Shown one piece after another: positions 11,390-23,530 of a stretch of 64,000 bases of DNA. Position 1 is the first letter of the stretch. Every line of letters starts with the position of its first letter. The stretch is from the NCBI GenBank assembly GCA_964252035.1, contig OZ176209.1. One strand, written 5' to 3'. The notes beneath the pieces were generated by a model. The model did not search any database. It saw nothing but the letters and a program-made list of their open reading frames with translations, and was not told the origin of the DNA. Position numbers and translations under genes: made by a program. The stretch is from Podarcis erhardii (taxonomy: Eukaryota).

Positions 11390-12934
11390 CTGAAAGAATA
11401 AAGACAGAATGAGCATCAAGATCTACCCCAGGGGAAGAGCAAACAGCTCAATATATGCAGTGTAGCTTCTGGTGCATATCCCGCCCCCCCCCCTTGTTTC
11501 CATGCAGATTGCTGCTGTGTATAAAGGCAGGCTAGGTTTTCCCAAATTCTCACGTTCTGGACATAGATGGAAGAAGCAGGAAATCAACTGATTCCTTCTG
11601 GTAAAAATTATGTGCAATTACTTCCTGCAGTTCAAGTATGAGTCTTTATTCTTTTTAAGGTAATGGTTGGAGTAAGGAAGCAAATGAAAAAGATGAAGGC
11701 TAAAGCAACTACTACAAGCTGTTTTACAATAAGAACAAAACAAACGATATGTGAAATTAAGGCCTGAGATCTCTGAACACCTGGTGGTGAGCTCCCAGTG
11801 TTAAGTATGATGATGAACATGTGAAAGAACAAGAGAAATGCCTGTCCTAATAGATCTGGCTCACAATGCAGTTGTGGGAGCTAGGATTTGGTGCAGATGC
11901 ACCACACATTGACTTAACTGGAAAGGGCCACCTCCAAAACTAGGCATATAAACTATGGGGTGTCAGTTTATGATTGCTGCTGCCATGCAGTATGTGTTGG
12001 TTAGAATCATACAAGTTTCTGAACTTCTGCACTATAATTCCTTGTGCTAAACTAGAGACCCTATTGCCTCAGAGCTCCTCTACCAAAAAGAAGTACCACT
12101 GTACCTACCTAAAGGGTAGATTTGCTTTCCCAGTGTAGCATCACTGGGCTGGGCTTACTTGTGCCTCTAGTGGACTTGTTTCAGTGGCTCAAAGGTGGGT
12201 GGGGTCATTCCATACCAAGTGATCCAACTTTTTTAGCTCATGTCATCCAATCTTCTTAATATTTTGTACAATTGTTGAATGATCAGAACTAAGTTTAAAT
12301 ATGTATTTTGTTGTACTTCATGAAATGAAATGTATAAACAAGAATTCTTTCAAAGCGTTAGCTTGCTATTGCATGATAGAATTATCACTTGGTTTTAGAT
12401 CACATTGTTAAGAGAAAAGCCTGACTAGCTTTACAGACACCTTTTAATTGAATAACTTTCTAAAGAAATGCCTGAAGCAATTGATATTGTAGTTGGAAGT
12501 CTTGTTTATTCAGTCATATTTTACTCCAAGAAGACCCATTTATACTAAATAAAACCCAATAATGCAGACATGTGTGTACAAATTTTTTTATGTGATCACA
12601 CTGAGATCCCAATATGAAATTTTGTAGCTCTAATTTTTGAAATTTCAAACCTTCATAGATAAAAAATTAAAATTTAGATTTAAACTTAGTTTTGATCATT
12701 CAACAAGTGTGCAAAATATTAAGAAAATGGGATGGCATGAAGTAAAAAAGTTGGATCACTTCAGATGGAATGACGCAGTGATGGAGAGCTGAGAGTGCCT
12801 TATGAAGATTATAGGAAGGAAAGCGATAAACAACTGGAGGACACTGGAGAAGTGCTCCACAAAGGAAGTGTTTTACCAGTGGGTAAGTGGCCAGAATGAG
12901 CCTATCTAGACATGTCAGAATAGAAGAGATGGTT

Positions 12935-13300
12935 GCTACTTGTCATTTAAGCGTATTAGGTTTAAGCCCTTGTTGAAGGCCTTCCTGTAGGAACGCTAAT
13001 AAGTCAGGGATTGGAGGTGGCTTCTGCTGGAACTTGTTTGCACCTGGTCCATTTAAGAAAGGCCCTCCATGTCGCCTGGCAGCTGTGGATTGTAGACGGG
13101 TGTCTGGAGTGCAGAACTGTGGAGATGAATGCTGGTGAGAGACACTCGTTCTCCATATGTAGACCAGTTGCCCTTCGCAATGCAGGCTGGCATCCAATGT
13201 AATGGTTGTATTTGGGGGATTTCTGAAGGGTATTCCTTTTTGGAGGGTAACACCCCTTGTCCACCAGTACATGGTCTCCCTTAGGCATGGACGAAATGAA
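12935..13300 (-). mobile_element. DIRS-type (tyrosine-recombinase) retrotransposon fragment
   Basis: WWT...LQKGIPF...ITLDASL resembles the DIRS RNase H TDAS motif. QATWRAFLKW and IPDLLAFLQEGLQQGLKPNTLK resemble the YR N-terminal domain. Frameshifted. Confidence 0.7.
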
Positions 13301-13962
13301 ATGCAGAGGTGCTTGCTGTGGAAGGAACCACTGGAGTGGTCTCACATGAAGCTTGGCCTATGGCAGTGGTTTTCAACCGGTGTGCTGTGGCACCCTGGGG
13401 TGCCTTGAATGATAGTCAGGGGTGCCCCTCTTTCCTTCTTTTCTTCCTTCCTTCCCTCCCTCCCTCAATGCCCTCTTGCGTCTCTGCCTCCCAAATGCTT
13501 GTGCAGCTGTTGCAGCAGTCCTAGCTTCAAGCTCCCCAGGGAAATGGTGCCTCTAGGGCTGGCCAGGGACTGATGGTTGTCAGGAGCTGAGGCAGCCTCA
13601 GAGTAAGCAAGCAAGTGGGTGAGGGAGGCCAGCCAGCCAGTCCACTGGCCCTTGCTGTTGGGAATGGACAGAAAAGTGGGAAGCCGGGCAGGCGGGTGAG
13701 CAGGCAGGCAGGCTCGGCTCTGTGCTGGGCTTTCTTGTGTGCAAGGCCTGCCTAGGAGCTGCGTGCCTTCTGTCTTCGTTCACTAGAGGCACAAGTAAGC
13801 CCAATCCAGCAACGTTACACTGACAAGCGAAATTGAGATCACTACACAAACCATGAACAGATCAGGTCAAAATGGGCTGACACAAACCAACCAAGAACAT
13901 AATGCCCAAGTACACTTCATGGCTCAGGCAGGGTCATGTGTTTCAGCCCCGTGTTGGACAAA

Positions 13963-14029
13963 CGATTCCTGCCTCATGGGGGGTTGGACTAGATGACCCT
14001 CGTGATGCCTTCCAACTCTACGATTCTAT
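13963..14029 (+). mobile_element. CR1 LINE 3' end fragment
   Basis: gattcctgc...gggggttggactagatgaccc...ccttccaactctacgattct, a typical squamate CR1 terminus. Confidence 0.8.
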
Positions 14030-16865
14030 TACTTTAATTATCATATCTTTTCTTCAACTTTTTTTCTGAATTTGTGGGCCTGTAAAAGATCTCTGCAATG
14101 GCATTTTTAAATATTTACCCAACGAAAAGCAAAGTCAAACAGCATTCTACAAAATAATGTAGCAGAGATCAGCTACTAACTCGCTATGTTCCTATAAACT
14201 GAATGAAAACTTACGGGTCAGAGCTGTGCAAACCATGTGAAGTACACATAGTAGTACAAATTTGAATTTGGAGTCTGGATGGTTTTTATAATACTAGATT
14301 AGTAGATTTATGATGTGATGCTAGAGGCCAGGAGGGGAATATATCAGTAACCCACACAGTCCCATACTGCTACCATTGAGGGGCCACACCTGTATAATAA
14401 AGCACACTAATGTTCCATATTTAACATCAAGAAAGCTCTTAGCCAAAGACTTGAAGAACTGCTACTATTCAATGTAAACGGTACTATACTGGATGGACCA
14501 ATGATTGAATTCAATGCGAGGGAATTCTTGTACATCCTTGTGGGGAGGAGCTGTGGCTCCGTATTGGAGGACATGAACTACAATCATGACTCATCCTTGA
14601 CATTGCCAATTAAAAATTCTTAGCAGGTAACACAGCTGGAGGAAAAAAGCTTGTGCTGAGCTCAGAGAGCCATTACCAGTCTAGCTCAGTACAAAGTAGT
14701 TCCTTATAGCAATATTATTATATTAGATGCAGGGGGGGGAACAAAATTCTTTTTAGTGCAGGTAGAACACAGTTCTGTCTATGCTTCACAAAGTGTGAGG
14801 CAGCCTTCCTATGAATACAAGAGCATTTGCAGTAAACACATCTGAGCTCCTACCCCAATCTCTTCTAGTTCAATATGTAAGTGCAGAATGCTAGTGCCAT
14901 TTGTCCTTTCTCCCATTAACCAGTGTAGCGAAAGGATGGAGCACACAAGCCAATGGCCTTTGCAGGTTCTGGCTGCTTCTCTGTAGTTCCTATCTGTAAA
15001 GACCTGCTGTTAGGGTTTCTTTGCCTCCAAGTGACACACTGTATGGCCACCACTACTTTACATGGGAGAAGCTGTACTTCAGATTGCAGCCCATTTACTT
15101 TGTCTCATAGGACTTAAATGAGAACCAGTGAGAAGTGAGCCGGCCCTAACTTTTCATCTGCAGAGTCTTGCTTTGGGTTCCCCCTCCCCTTTGTGCAATG
15201 AAAGTAAGTATGATGAATGTGGGGAACTGGCTTTCTTATACAGATTATAAATAGTTATATGTGCACATGCACAAAATCATTGTTTTATTTTTAACTTGGG
15301 GGTGCTTCCAATGCTATTTGAGAACGTATAACTGAACCACAAAGGCATATTTCCTAAGTAACCCCTATTTCACTGTAGTTTTTTACAAGATTCCATTTTT
15401 ATTCCTTGATAAAGTTACTTACACTTCAAAGATCTGCCATTCTTGAGAATTTATATTAGGCTACTGGCAGGGGTATGCAGCTATATCATCTCAGCATAAC
15501 TAATTAACATGCCAGTGCAATGCATTATAATATATAGCACACCTTTGGAACAAAGCCTCTGTGCTATCACAACAAGAAAGCTAATATGACTAAGGGCTTA
15601 GCACAAGCATGTGGGTAGACAATGTACAGCTGCATGAAAACTCAGCTTTTACAATTCTGTGAAAAACACAAACACCATCGCTATCCAACCAGACAGCATA
15701 CAGATTTAGCAAATATACCCTTCTCAATGAACCTTGTTTAAAACATGCAGTTATTCAACCCAAATTAGTAACTAGCATTTCTCACTTAATGGTGATTGAG
15801 CTTAATGGTGACTAAGCCAGACCAAGAGCTACTTTTAGGAGACAGTGGGGCTGAGAATTTGGACCTTTTTGCCTCCAGTTTTGTTTTAGCCACCTACAAG
15901 TGCTTTTATAGTGGCTGTTGTACTATGGACTTCTAGGTCAACACCAATTATTTTCACGAAGATCAAAGTTCATGTGTTTCATTTCATGCCATCTCTTGAG
16001 AATTAGTATAGTTAAACGGCAAGTGCTGAAACAGGTGCGTTGCCATTATCAAATGTTGTTCAGGTACAGTATCTGGCAATAAGCTTTTGTGTAACACAGA
16101 CATGGTCAAATAAGAGCATTATAGGAATGGTTAATTCACACAAAGAGACTGGCAGTCAACAGGCAAGTTCCTTCTTTGTGGGTTTTGTAAACCTTGCTAG
16201 GACAGACAAAACTGGACTTCACCCTTCTAACCTAGCATTCTATGATTTCTCCCAAGGTCTTTGTGGATATGTCTGCATGAGGGATAAGGGAAGAGAAAGA
16301 TTTTTATTTTGAATTACATATCTGCATGTGTATTTGTTAGGCCCTTTCCTTGTCTGCATCCTTTCCTGGGTCCACTTTTTAAATACCTCCCCATTCTAAA
16401 AGCAGTTTGCAGGTTTGGTGAAGGAACTGCTGGGCAAACAAGTGCCTAATAAATCCGATACATGAATATTATCATTTGTATACACATATCAGACCGCAGT
16501 TACTGTCTTCCAGTGATGGAACTTTTCAAGTTGATCATTTCTTACTAATTTACCAGGGAATGGCAAGGGCAAAGTTTTCATTATTCCCTACAGTTTGACT
16601 TGTTAATCTATATTTAACTTTAAGTTTCCTTGCTCAGAACTAAATCTAATACCATTAAATAATAGCAGTTGGGGTACTCTCTTACCCTTTGAAAAACAGG
16701 CATCTTATTTCAGTGTTTATACACACCAGTCACAAAAGATTTCGAAGATGCTATTCTTCCAGCAAAGCTTTCTATGATGCCGAAATCCAGGGAAGGAAGA
16801 ACAGTCCCAATAGCTTAGCTCTTCCCCCATAAACCTTGCTTATTATTAGCAGAATTTCCTCTTAC

Positions 16866-16926
16866 CGTTTGCATACGGTGTGACCATCTTCTTATTAGTC
16901 ATCACACGGGCGGTGGCATTATTAAC
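16866..16926 (-). CDS. RBFOX2: RBFOX2 coding exon, 61 nt (VNNATARVMTNKKMVTPYAN-G)
   Basis: Long pyrimidine tract ending ccttttag|GTT and donor AACG|gtaag. End of the RRM. Confidence 0.98.
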
Positions 16927-18677
16927 CTAAAAGGAAAAAGGAGGAAAGGGGGGAAGAGGGGAGGAAGCACAGGACTTTAGAGAAAATGGTGAAAACTTGT
17001 GTGTGTTTTTGTTTTTTTTAAACTTGTTTAAAAATTCAGCACATTTAATTTTACTTTTGCAGGTTGCCATTAAATTAAATATTAAAATTGCAAACCAATC
17101 TAATTCTGGCATTTTAATTCTGGCATTAAAGAAAAGGCCAAAAAGAGCACATTTTCTCAGGCATCCCTGCTACCTTTGACTGAACTGGGTATTTGATGCT
17201 CACTGATCCAAAGGGCAAAAACTCCCCCTATTGCTATTTTCTCCACGTCCAGCTTGACTGGTATGAAGTAATGAACAAAAACAACTTTGTCTCATATTTT
17301 AGTAGCCTTCTGTCTCATATTTTAGTAGCCTTTCACTGAACTGCAGTGGCCTACTAATATTACAGAGGAGACATCTATTCAGGCGGAAGGAGAGTTTGGA
17401 TATCCCAGGTGTCTTGGACTAATTCCCTCCACTCTGGATTCCTAAAGCAAGGCTGCCTGGCCTACGTCCCAGTTTCAGGATATCCTGAGATATTGACGCA
17501 ACCATCTCCAATTGCTGACTTTTGAGAGGAGGACAAAAAAACAAACACCATTTAGAAACTGGTAAGGTGTCTCCTGATTTCGTAGTGCACTCACCCTCAT
17601 TTCTGAGCTCTTTATAGCCCCAAGCCTTCTAAGCACTGCAGCAAGTGTGTGTTACAGCAGAAATGGTGCTGGAAAAACATGGGAGCGATGGGCAAAGCAA
17701 AATTACTGCAGCCCCGTGTCAGACACAGCCTCAGAGCTCTTGCAAAGAGGGTGAAGGCTGAGCTAGAATCAGTGACATTTCAAAATCCTAAGCCGTAACA
17801 GAAGGAAAAGCCACAAGGTTGATTTCAAGATGGAGTCTTAGATGCCCTCTGATGTTTAACAGAAGAGTGAGCTCGGGCAGGGAAGAAGGGAGCCTGGAAA
17901 CCCATTACTCTAATTTCAGCCCCCAAACAGTATAAACATCATACATTTAAAAAGAATGGGAAACAACAACGATGAGACTGAGAGCATGCTGTTAAAACAC
18001 ACATAAAAAAAGAAAAACAACAACAACAACAATCGATTAATGGGGCTAGGGAGGGGGAGAGAGAGGAGAGGTCTCACAGACAATCATTAAGATGGAGCGA
18101 GTGCCTGAAATCAGCTGCTACAGCAGAGTGCAATACAAGCACTTAAAGGAAAAATGGCCAAAACCAATCAGAAACCACCAGTCAGCAAAGAGAGACCAAC
18201 AGCTGCATTTAACTGAGTGAAGAAGAAAAAAATGGCAAGGGGAGAAAGGAAAAATGAAAAACAATCACAGGTTTGGAGAGAGGCAGAGCAAGAAAAGAAA
18301 AAGGGGGCAGGGAAAGAATAGAGAGGGGAAGGGTATGGGTGCATTAATAAAAACCAGCCAAACTGGAGTTCAGTAACTCTGAGTAAGATGTGCAAGGGAA
18401 ATCACCAGGAAGTCAGTAATCAAACAGCTCAGACTTATACAAAACGGTATGTACATCCAAAGTCCAGGCGGCATTACTCAACAGCATTGAAAATAAAAAG
18501 GGGTGGGTGGGTTAGGGTGGGAAGGGGAAAAGGAAAGAGGGGGGGGACAACAAGTCAAATCACATTTTGTAGTGTTAATGTGAAATGGCAGATGGATTTT
18601 TTTCTTTCTTAATTTTGTTTTGCATTAAAAAAAAGAAAAGAAATAAGCTTCTCCTCTAGCACTTTTGTTTCACTTAC

Positions 18678-18744
18678 CGCCAACTCGTACCATCGCCAGC
18701 ATTGTGTATAGTTACCATGGAAAGAGTGAGTCAAGTGAAGGGCC
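18678..18744 (-). other. Candidate 67-nt poison (NMD) cassette exon downstream of the RRM exon
   Basis: gtgtttag|GGCCCT...TGGCG|gtaagtg. In-frame TAA at codon 11 (18714-18712). Confidence 0.6.
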
Positions 18745-19579
18745 CTAAACACTAAACCATTGAAAAGGGAAATAAAACAACAAAAACAAAACAAAAAAAC
18801 AAAACAAAAAAGCAAAATATGCAGACATCTTACTCAAAACGGCGGCTTTAAGTTTCCCCCCCTATATTTCGTACTTTTTTCTCTTAAAAAGGGAGGGAAA
18901 AGAGAAAGGGGCCAGTTAGCCTTCAATATGAGGGAAAATATTTTTCTCCCCACTGATTAATTAGTTACTTCCCACGTGGATAACAACTATTCACATTTAT
19001 CAAACTCTGTGCACATTGTAAGAGCTAATTTTGAGTGTGTATTTACTTACTGAAATCATCTCCAGAAAAATTATTCTAGCAGCCCAAGGAAGTTTCTTCC
19101 TGTGTTGTCAATCCCTTCCTGCAATTAATGTAATGTCACACTCATATGAAGGAGAACTGGCCTCTGAGGAAAAGGGCAGATTCTGGCTGGCCCCCTTCTT
19201 TGTTGTTAAGACACAAAAGTTACAAATTGGACAGTGCTCTTTTCGTTAGTTTTGATCAGGATTGGCAATAAAAAGTCGGAGCCTCATAAACTGAAGCAAA
19301 GGAAAATCAAGACAGCAGAAGGTCAAAAATTTGGAGTGGGTTGGAAACAAACTTAAGAGAAAGGAGAAAAAGAAAAATACCTAAAGTAACAAAACATATA
19401 TAGATATATATTTGAGTGGGTGTGTTATTTTTATACACCTCAGTGCAGGGGGGCAGGGGAGTGAAAAACACAGAGACACAAACACACGCACACGCACACA
19501 CAAGACAGGAATCCAAATGTGAAATAAGTGAGGCAAGACACAAAAAAAGAAACAAAAGAATAAATATAAAGAAGAAATT

Positions 19580-19751
19580 NNNNNNNNNNNNNNNNNNNNN
19601 NNNNNNNNNNNNNNNNNNNNNNNNNNNNNNNNNNNNNNNNNNNNNNNNNNNNNNNNNNNNNNNNNNNNNNNNNNNNNNNNNNNNNNNNNNNNNNNNNNNN
19701 NNNNNNNNNNNNNNNNNNNNNNNNNNNNNNNNNNNNNNNNNNNNNNNNNNN
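19580..19751. other. Sequence gap (172 N) at the expected position of the 93-nt RRM exon (GFGFVTFE...RKIE)
   Basis: Run of N between the GSK and VNNA exons. I found no match in the readable sequence. TGCATG at 19841-19846 upstream. Confidence 0.95.
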
Positions 19752-20266
19752 ATCTAGATAAATAGAGAAAAAAAATATCACAGTATGAAATTGACATCAG
19801 CACAACTTAGCAATACTCTCCTAGAGTCACATTTTTGGTTCATGCATGTTTCATGAAATAAATTTATTTATTTTTAATAAAAAAAAGTTGTAATCAGATT
19901 TAAAATAATAACAAACATAAAGCAATTGAGGCCAGACCAAAAAAAGTACAGTTACTCGAGACAAATTTTGAAAAGTAAACTAGCTCCTAGTTTGACGGAA
20001 TAAAATTTATTAAATCCTAGTTGGAAATCCTCTTGCCACGTGGAACCTCACAAAGGCATGACTCTACAATATTCTCAGTAGTTGCCTCTTTGTGGCAAGG
20101 CAAGGATACACACATGCAGGTGCTTTCAACAAGCCACTACAAAAAGGGAGTGTGGTCCAACAGTTTAATGCTGTGCAAAAAAGTCACACCCTTTGCAGCA
20201 GCTCTGGAGACATAGCAGTTTTGGATTCGTCTTTTATTGATTACCGCATACCTATATGTTATTACC

Positions 20267-20307
<41 letters not shown>

Positions 20308-20316
20308 CACACACAC
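20267..20316. repeat. Compound microsatellite (CT)n(AT)n(AC)n
   Basis: Direct reading. Confidence 0.97.
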
Positions 20317-20335
20317 TGTAAGGCTTTATACTATA

Positions 20336-20853
20336 CAGTGGTACCTTGGTACAGTGGTGCCCCGCAAGACGAATGCCTCGCAAGATGGAAAACTCGCTAG
20401 ACGAAAGAGTTTTCCATTTTGGAGGTGCTTCGCAAAACGAATTTCCTATGGGCTTGCTTCGCAAGACGAAAATGTCTTGCGAGTTCCTGCGGTCCCCCCC
20501 CCCTTTCTAAGCCGCTTATCCGCTAAAAGCCGCTAAACCGTTAATAGCGCTAATCCGCTAAGCCGTCAATGGGCTTGCTTCGCAAGACGAAAAGACCGCT
20601 TGACGAAGAGACTCGCGGAACGGATTCTTTTCGTCTTGCGAGGCACCACTGTACTTGAACAGTTTGGCTCCCGAACGCCGCAAATCCGAAAGTAAGTGAT
20701 CCGGTTTGCGAACATTTTTCGGAAGTCAAACGTCCGACGTAGCTTCCAATTGAGTGCAGGAAGTTCCTGCAGCCAATTGGAAGCCGCGCTTTGGTTTTCG
20801 AACGGTTTTGGGACTCCCAAAACGGATTAAGTTCGACAACCAAGATACCACTG
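20336..20853. mobile_element. Tc1/mariner (Tigger/pogo-like) MITE, outer element
   Basis: TIRs cagtggtaccttgg / ccaagataccactg flanked by TA (20334-35 and 20854-55). Confidence 0.85.
20352..20651. mobile_element. Nested Tc1/mariner MITE (cagtggtgcc...cgcaagacg family)
   Basis: TIRs cagtggtgcc / ggcaccactg with TA duplication at 20350-51 and 20652-53. Confidence 0.9.
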
Positions 20854-21642
20854 TATATGCTCCTATAATGGTAGAGCAACTGGACATGGCTACACAATTG
20901 ATCTGTTTATCTTTGCAGTCCACGCTTTACATTTCCTTTTCCTGATGCAAAATCCTTACATTTAGTTGTAAAATGAACATTGTTTAAAGAAATGCCGCAG
21001 AATATGGATATATCATCATTAAGTGGGCAACTACTTAATCTGAGGGGAAAGAATCTATTACATGGGAAAGAGCACAGAAGCTTGGGACTGATCTGAAGAA
21101 CTGGGTAGCCACCTAATTTAGCACAGGACAGCTTAACTTTCTTTCACCTAATCCACTTCTTTCCATGTTTCGGTCACAAAGCAGACCATTTTCTAAACTT
21201 GTGATACTCATTAATGGGGCTGAACAACACTTGCACAGGGACCAAGCTAGGAAGACTAAATTAATTAAATGAGAAGCTAGTAGAAAATGATAACATCTAA
21301 ATAGTAGCTGAAATGATTTATTTATTTATAGCTTACTTTCCTTTAGAAAACTCAGAAGTAGATGAGGATCCCACTGGTCTCCTCTCCAGGAATTGTTCAA
21401 GTCTACTTCCATTTAGCTTCAGCAGTGTGGTCTGAGCATTAGTTGTTCCATTCACAAGAATGTAGACATTTGGCTTAGCCCATGGCTAGATAAAATATCA
21501 TCGTGGAAGTTTTACAGCCACATTTCAAACACTGTAGTAGTTAATCTTTTCGAGTTCTTTCACCCCAGAAACAGGAAGGACAAAGTATATGTCAACTATA
21601 ATGGAAACTGCTGATACTGAAACAGGAACCTAGGTAATGAAG

Positions 21643-21730
21643 GCTGCAATCCTGTACACACTTACCTGGAATTAAGTCCCACTTAATGCAACTAGATTTA
21701 CTTCTGAGTAGACTTGCCCAAGACTGTTTA
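21643..21730. repeat. Short palindromic interspersed repeat (related copies near 32505-32570 and 42340-42440)
   Basis: caatcctgtacacacttacctgg...ttacttctgagtagac...; the same motif recurs inverted elsewhere in the window. Confidence 0.55.
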
Positions 21731-22570
21731 GGTGGAGTAGTACACTTACACATAGTTTGAGGGGGAAATCTACCTTGGCTTTACATGAAACATGAGATGC
21801 AGTGGCTAGAGAGCCATTTTAATTTTTCACTAAGTTAAAGTAGCAAGTGGGTCATCATTTTAAAGTGCTCTTGAAGATGCTATAATGAGAACCTGCTAGG
21901 GCTCAAGCCTTTCGCCATCCCTGCGGCAACTGTGTGAAGGATTTATTTCTCTATTTTTACTTCACAGCTGGGTTTCCTGCCCTGTATTTGTAGAGTTCAA
22001 TGGGAAGCTTATTCATGGGAAGGAAGGGATAAATATTTTTTTAAAAAAATCAGTTGATAAATTAAACTGGGTCACTGGATTCTCCAGCAAAAATATTATT
22101 ACTGGATATTTAAGCAAATTCTTCTCAAAAGGGCTTATCCGGACATGCAAACCCCAAACTTGCAATGTTTTGAAGGTGTTAGGGCTGAGGGTGCTGACAG
22201 CAGCTTCCCCCCATTCTCCTGCCCTCTCGGCCCCAGACAGACGTGTGGTCAATTCTGAAGCTGTTCTGTGGCTGGCAATTGCAACTCTACCTTCATGGGC
22301 GATTTCGTTCCCCAACCCCAAATGCAGCCCCTTGGAGGCTGCTCTCAGAAAGCCTACTTCTGCTCTAGTGTTTCCCCAGTCACATTCCATCCTACTAGGA
22401 AAACAGACTGATTTCCTTCATCACAAGAATTGCTGCTTGTTGGGGAACTTGCTTTTGCTAAGAAGATGAGAATATATTGGATATGCTAGCTGGGGGGAGG
22501 CAATCTAATCTCTGTGTTCCAGATAAGCTATCTGGCCAAACACACATACACCAGGAACTTAATGAATACA

Positions 22571-22654
22571 ATTAGTTTAGTTCAGTTCAGTTCAGTTCAG
22601 TTCAGTTCAGTTCAGTTCAGCTCGGTTTGGTTTGGTTTGGTCTGGTTTGGTTAG
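22571..22654. repeat. Compound pentanucleotide microsatellite (TTCAG)8 then (TTTGG)n, at the tail of a minus-strand retroelement
   Basis: Direct reading. Followed by the inverted L2/SINE-type tail tctcaaggtggttcacaacag. Confidence 0.9.
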
Positions 22655-23489
22655 TATGCCATCCTATACCCGAAGGTCTCAAGGTGGTTCACAACAGAAC
22701 ACTATTATCTACACAATGAGATAATCTTCTCCAATAGGATAGTCCAATGAATGGGTTCCTGAGTCCTTGGAGGAGGAGCAGGAATCACATATTATAAACA
22801 GATGTACATACTCATCTGTCACATTTATAAACTTTTTTCACTGCAATTGTTTTAATTTGTTATTAGTTTGTGCTTTAAACAAAACAAAACAACAACACCA
22901 AACAGCATAAAATATCTGTCCATAAGCATGAATAAGTTTCTTTAGAACTGATATTTTGTGATGTTTGAAGGACATCTCAATTAGTAAAATATATGCATTC
23001 CTTTATTGGGTGAAGATTGCCCATGTACATTACAGAAAATGTTAAGTTGAAGGAAGGCAGCAACTATGCATCCACAAAGCTATATAATATTACAAACTAT
23101 TACTACAAACCTATTTTTGATTGGCTTTGCTACCAGATTTAAAGTTCAGTTGTCTGTGTGTGGGTTTTTTCCTGTTTTTTTACCAACACTTGCTTTTTAC
23201 TTTTTATTATTACTGGCTGAAAATTATCCAACTAATGCAACTGTAGATTATTAAATGCTCATAAAGAAATCTCTCCTATAACCTGAAACCACCTGCAGCC
23301 CAGGGACACCCCATTTTCTTTAAGGAGCTGTTCAAGGACCCAAAAGACACCCAAGTAACCATCACCCTTTTAGTCTGGCCTCAGATTCTGCAATAAATAA
23401 CAAGCAACAGGATGAGCAGTGTAAAAATAATAATTATACAGAGTTTTTAAAAATGTTTCCATCTCTGAAGAATGAGAAAGAAAATTTAC

Positions 23490-23530
23490 CATGTAACCGT
23501 AAAGGGAGAAATCAAAAGCAGACGATTCTC
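23490..23530 (-). other. Candidate 41-nt frame-shifting (poison) cassette exon upstream of the RRM exon
   Basis: ccacacccag|GAGAATC...TACATG|gtaaat. TGCATG 106 nt upstream, at 23636-23641. Confidence 0.5.

Noticed and set aside
17288-17333. Short tandem duplications (23 bp here; about 17 bp at 32041-32075; 15 bp at 52632-52661; 14 bp at 17101-17128)
   Set aside because: Ordinary slippage duplications with no evidence of function.
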